Below are positions 63,830 through 64,000 of a DNA stretch of 64,000 nt, in pieces. This DNA comes from Octopus sinensis (lineage: Eukaryota): assembly GCF_006345805.1 (NCBI RefSeq), contig NC_043003.1, positions 32,860,001 to 32,924,000 on the forward strand, given 5' to 3'. The notes under the pieces are model-generated. The model had not been told where the DNA came from. It saw nothing but the letters and a program-made list of their open reading frames with translations, and ran no database searches. The position numbers were made by a program, and so were the translations under genes. Position 1 is the first letter of the stretch; the number at the start of each line of letters is the position of its first letter.

Positions 63830-64000
63830 CCCTGAACGAGGTATAGACAGTAACTGCACGACAATGTGAAGTATATTTGCCATCTAAATATGGCTAACCA
63901 CTAAGGGTGGATGTTACTGTAGCTTGTAGCTCCAGGAGAACATCTCATCCAGCTGGCTATTGACACACTTTCTGTGCCCTATCGGTATTTGCAAAGGGAG
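63830..64000 (+). repeat. 'Family D' repeat fragment running off the window end
   Basis: Similar to 57640-57810 and to the reverse complement of 2733-2840. Confidence 0.7.

Overview
AT-rich, microsatellite-saturated eukaryotic DNA, most likely an octopus (coleoid cephalopod) nuclear intronic or intergenic region. The organism is inferred from the tRNA-derived SINE families and the extreme (TA)n/(CA)n/(ATCT)n density. No host protein-coding exon or true tRNA/rRNA gene could be supported, and most ORF-track entries are simple-repeat artefacts. The window is a mosaic of decayed mobile elements: a Ty3/Gypsy provirus remnant (one LTR, Ser-tRNA PBS, gag, RT, RNase H, integrase), RTE, CR1/L2-type and RLE-type LINE fragments, several Tc1/mariner families (mariner and DD37D/maT), more than 20 SINE copies or fragments from at least four tRNA-derived families, and several Penelope-like element (PLE) derivatives. 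The most interesting signal is a recurrent fold-back architecture: PLE-derived sequences arranged head-to-head with 3' ends pointing outward and minimal hammerhead-ribozyme motifs near those ends. It appears as a 2.06-kb palindrome carrying GIY-YIG coding remnants (27550-29610), a probable 0.29-kb example (2291-2576), and a 644-bp palindrome (54132-54775). Each arm of the last one is a tRNA-like Pol III head + (AAT/AAC)n + hammerhead-bearing PLE-type tail, i.e. a candidate Penelope-mobilised SINE/retrozyme hybrid. A 100-N assembly gap lies at 49282-49381. All calls come from manual reading; no database searches were run.
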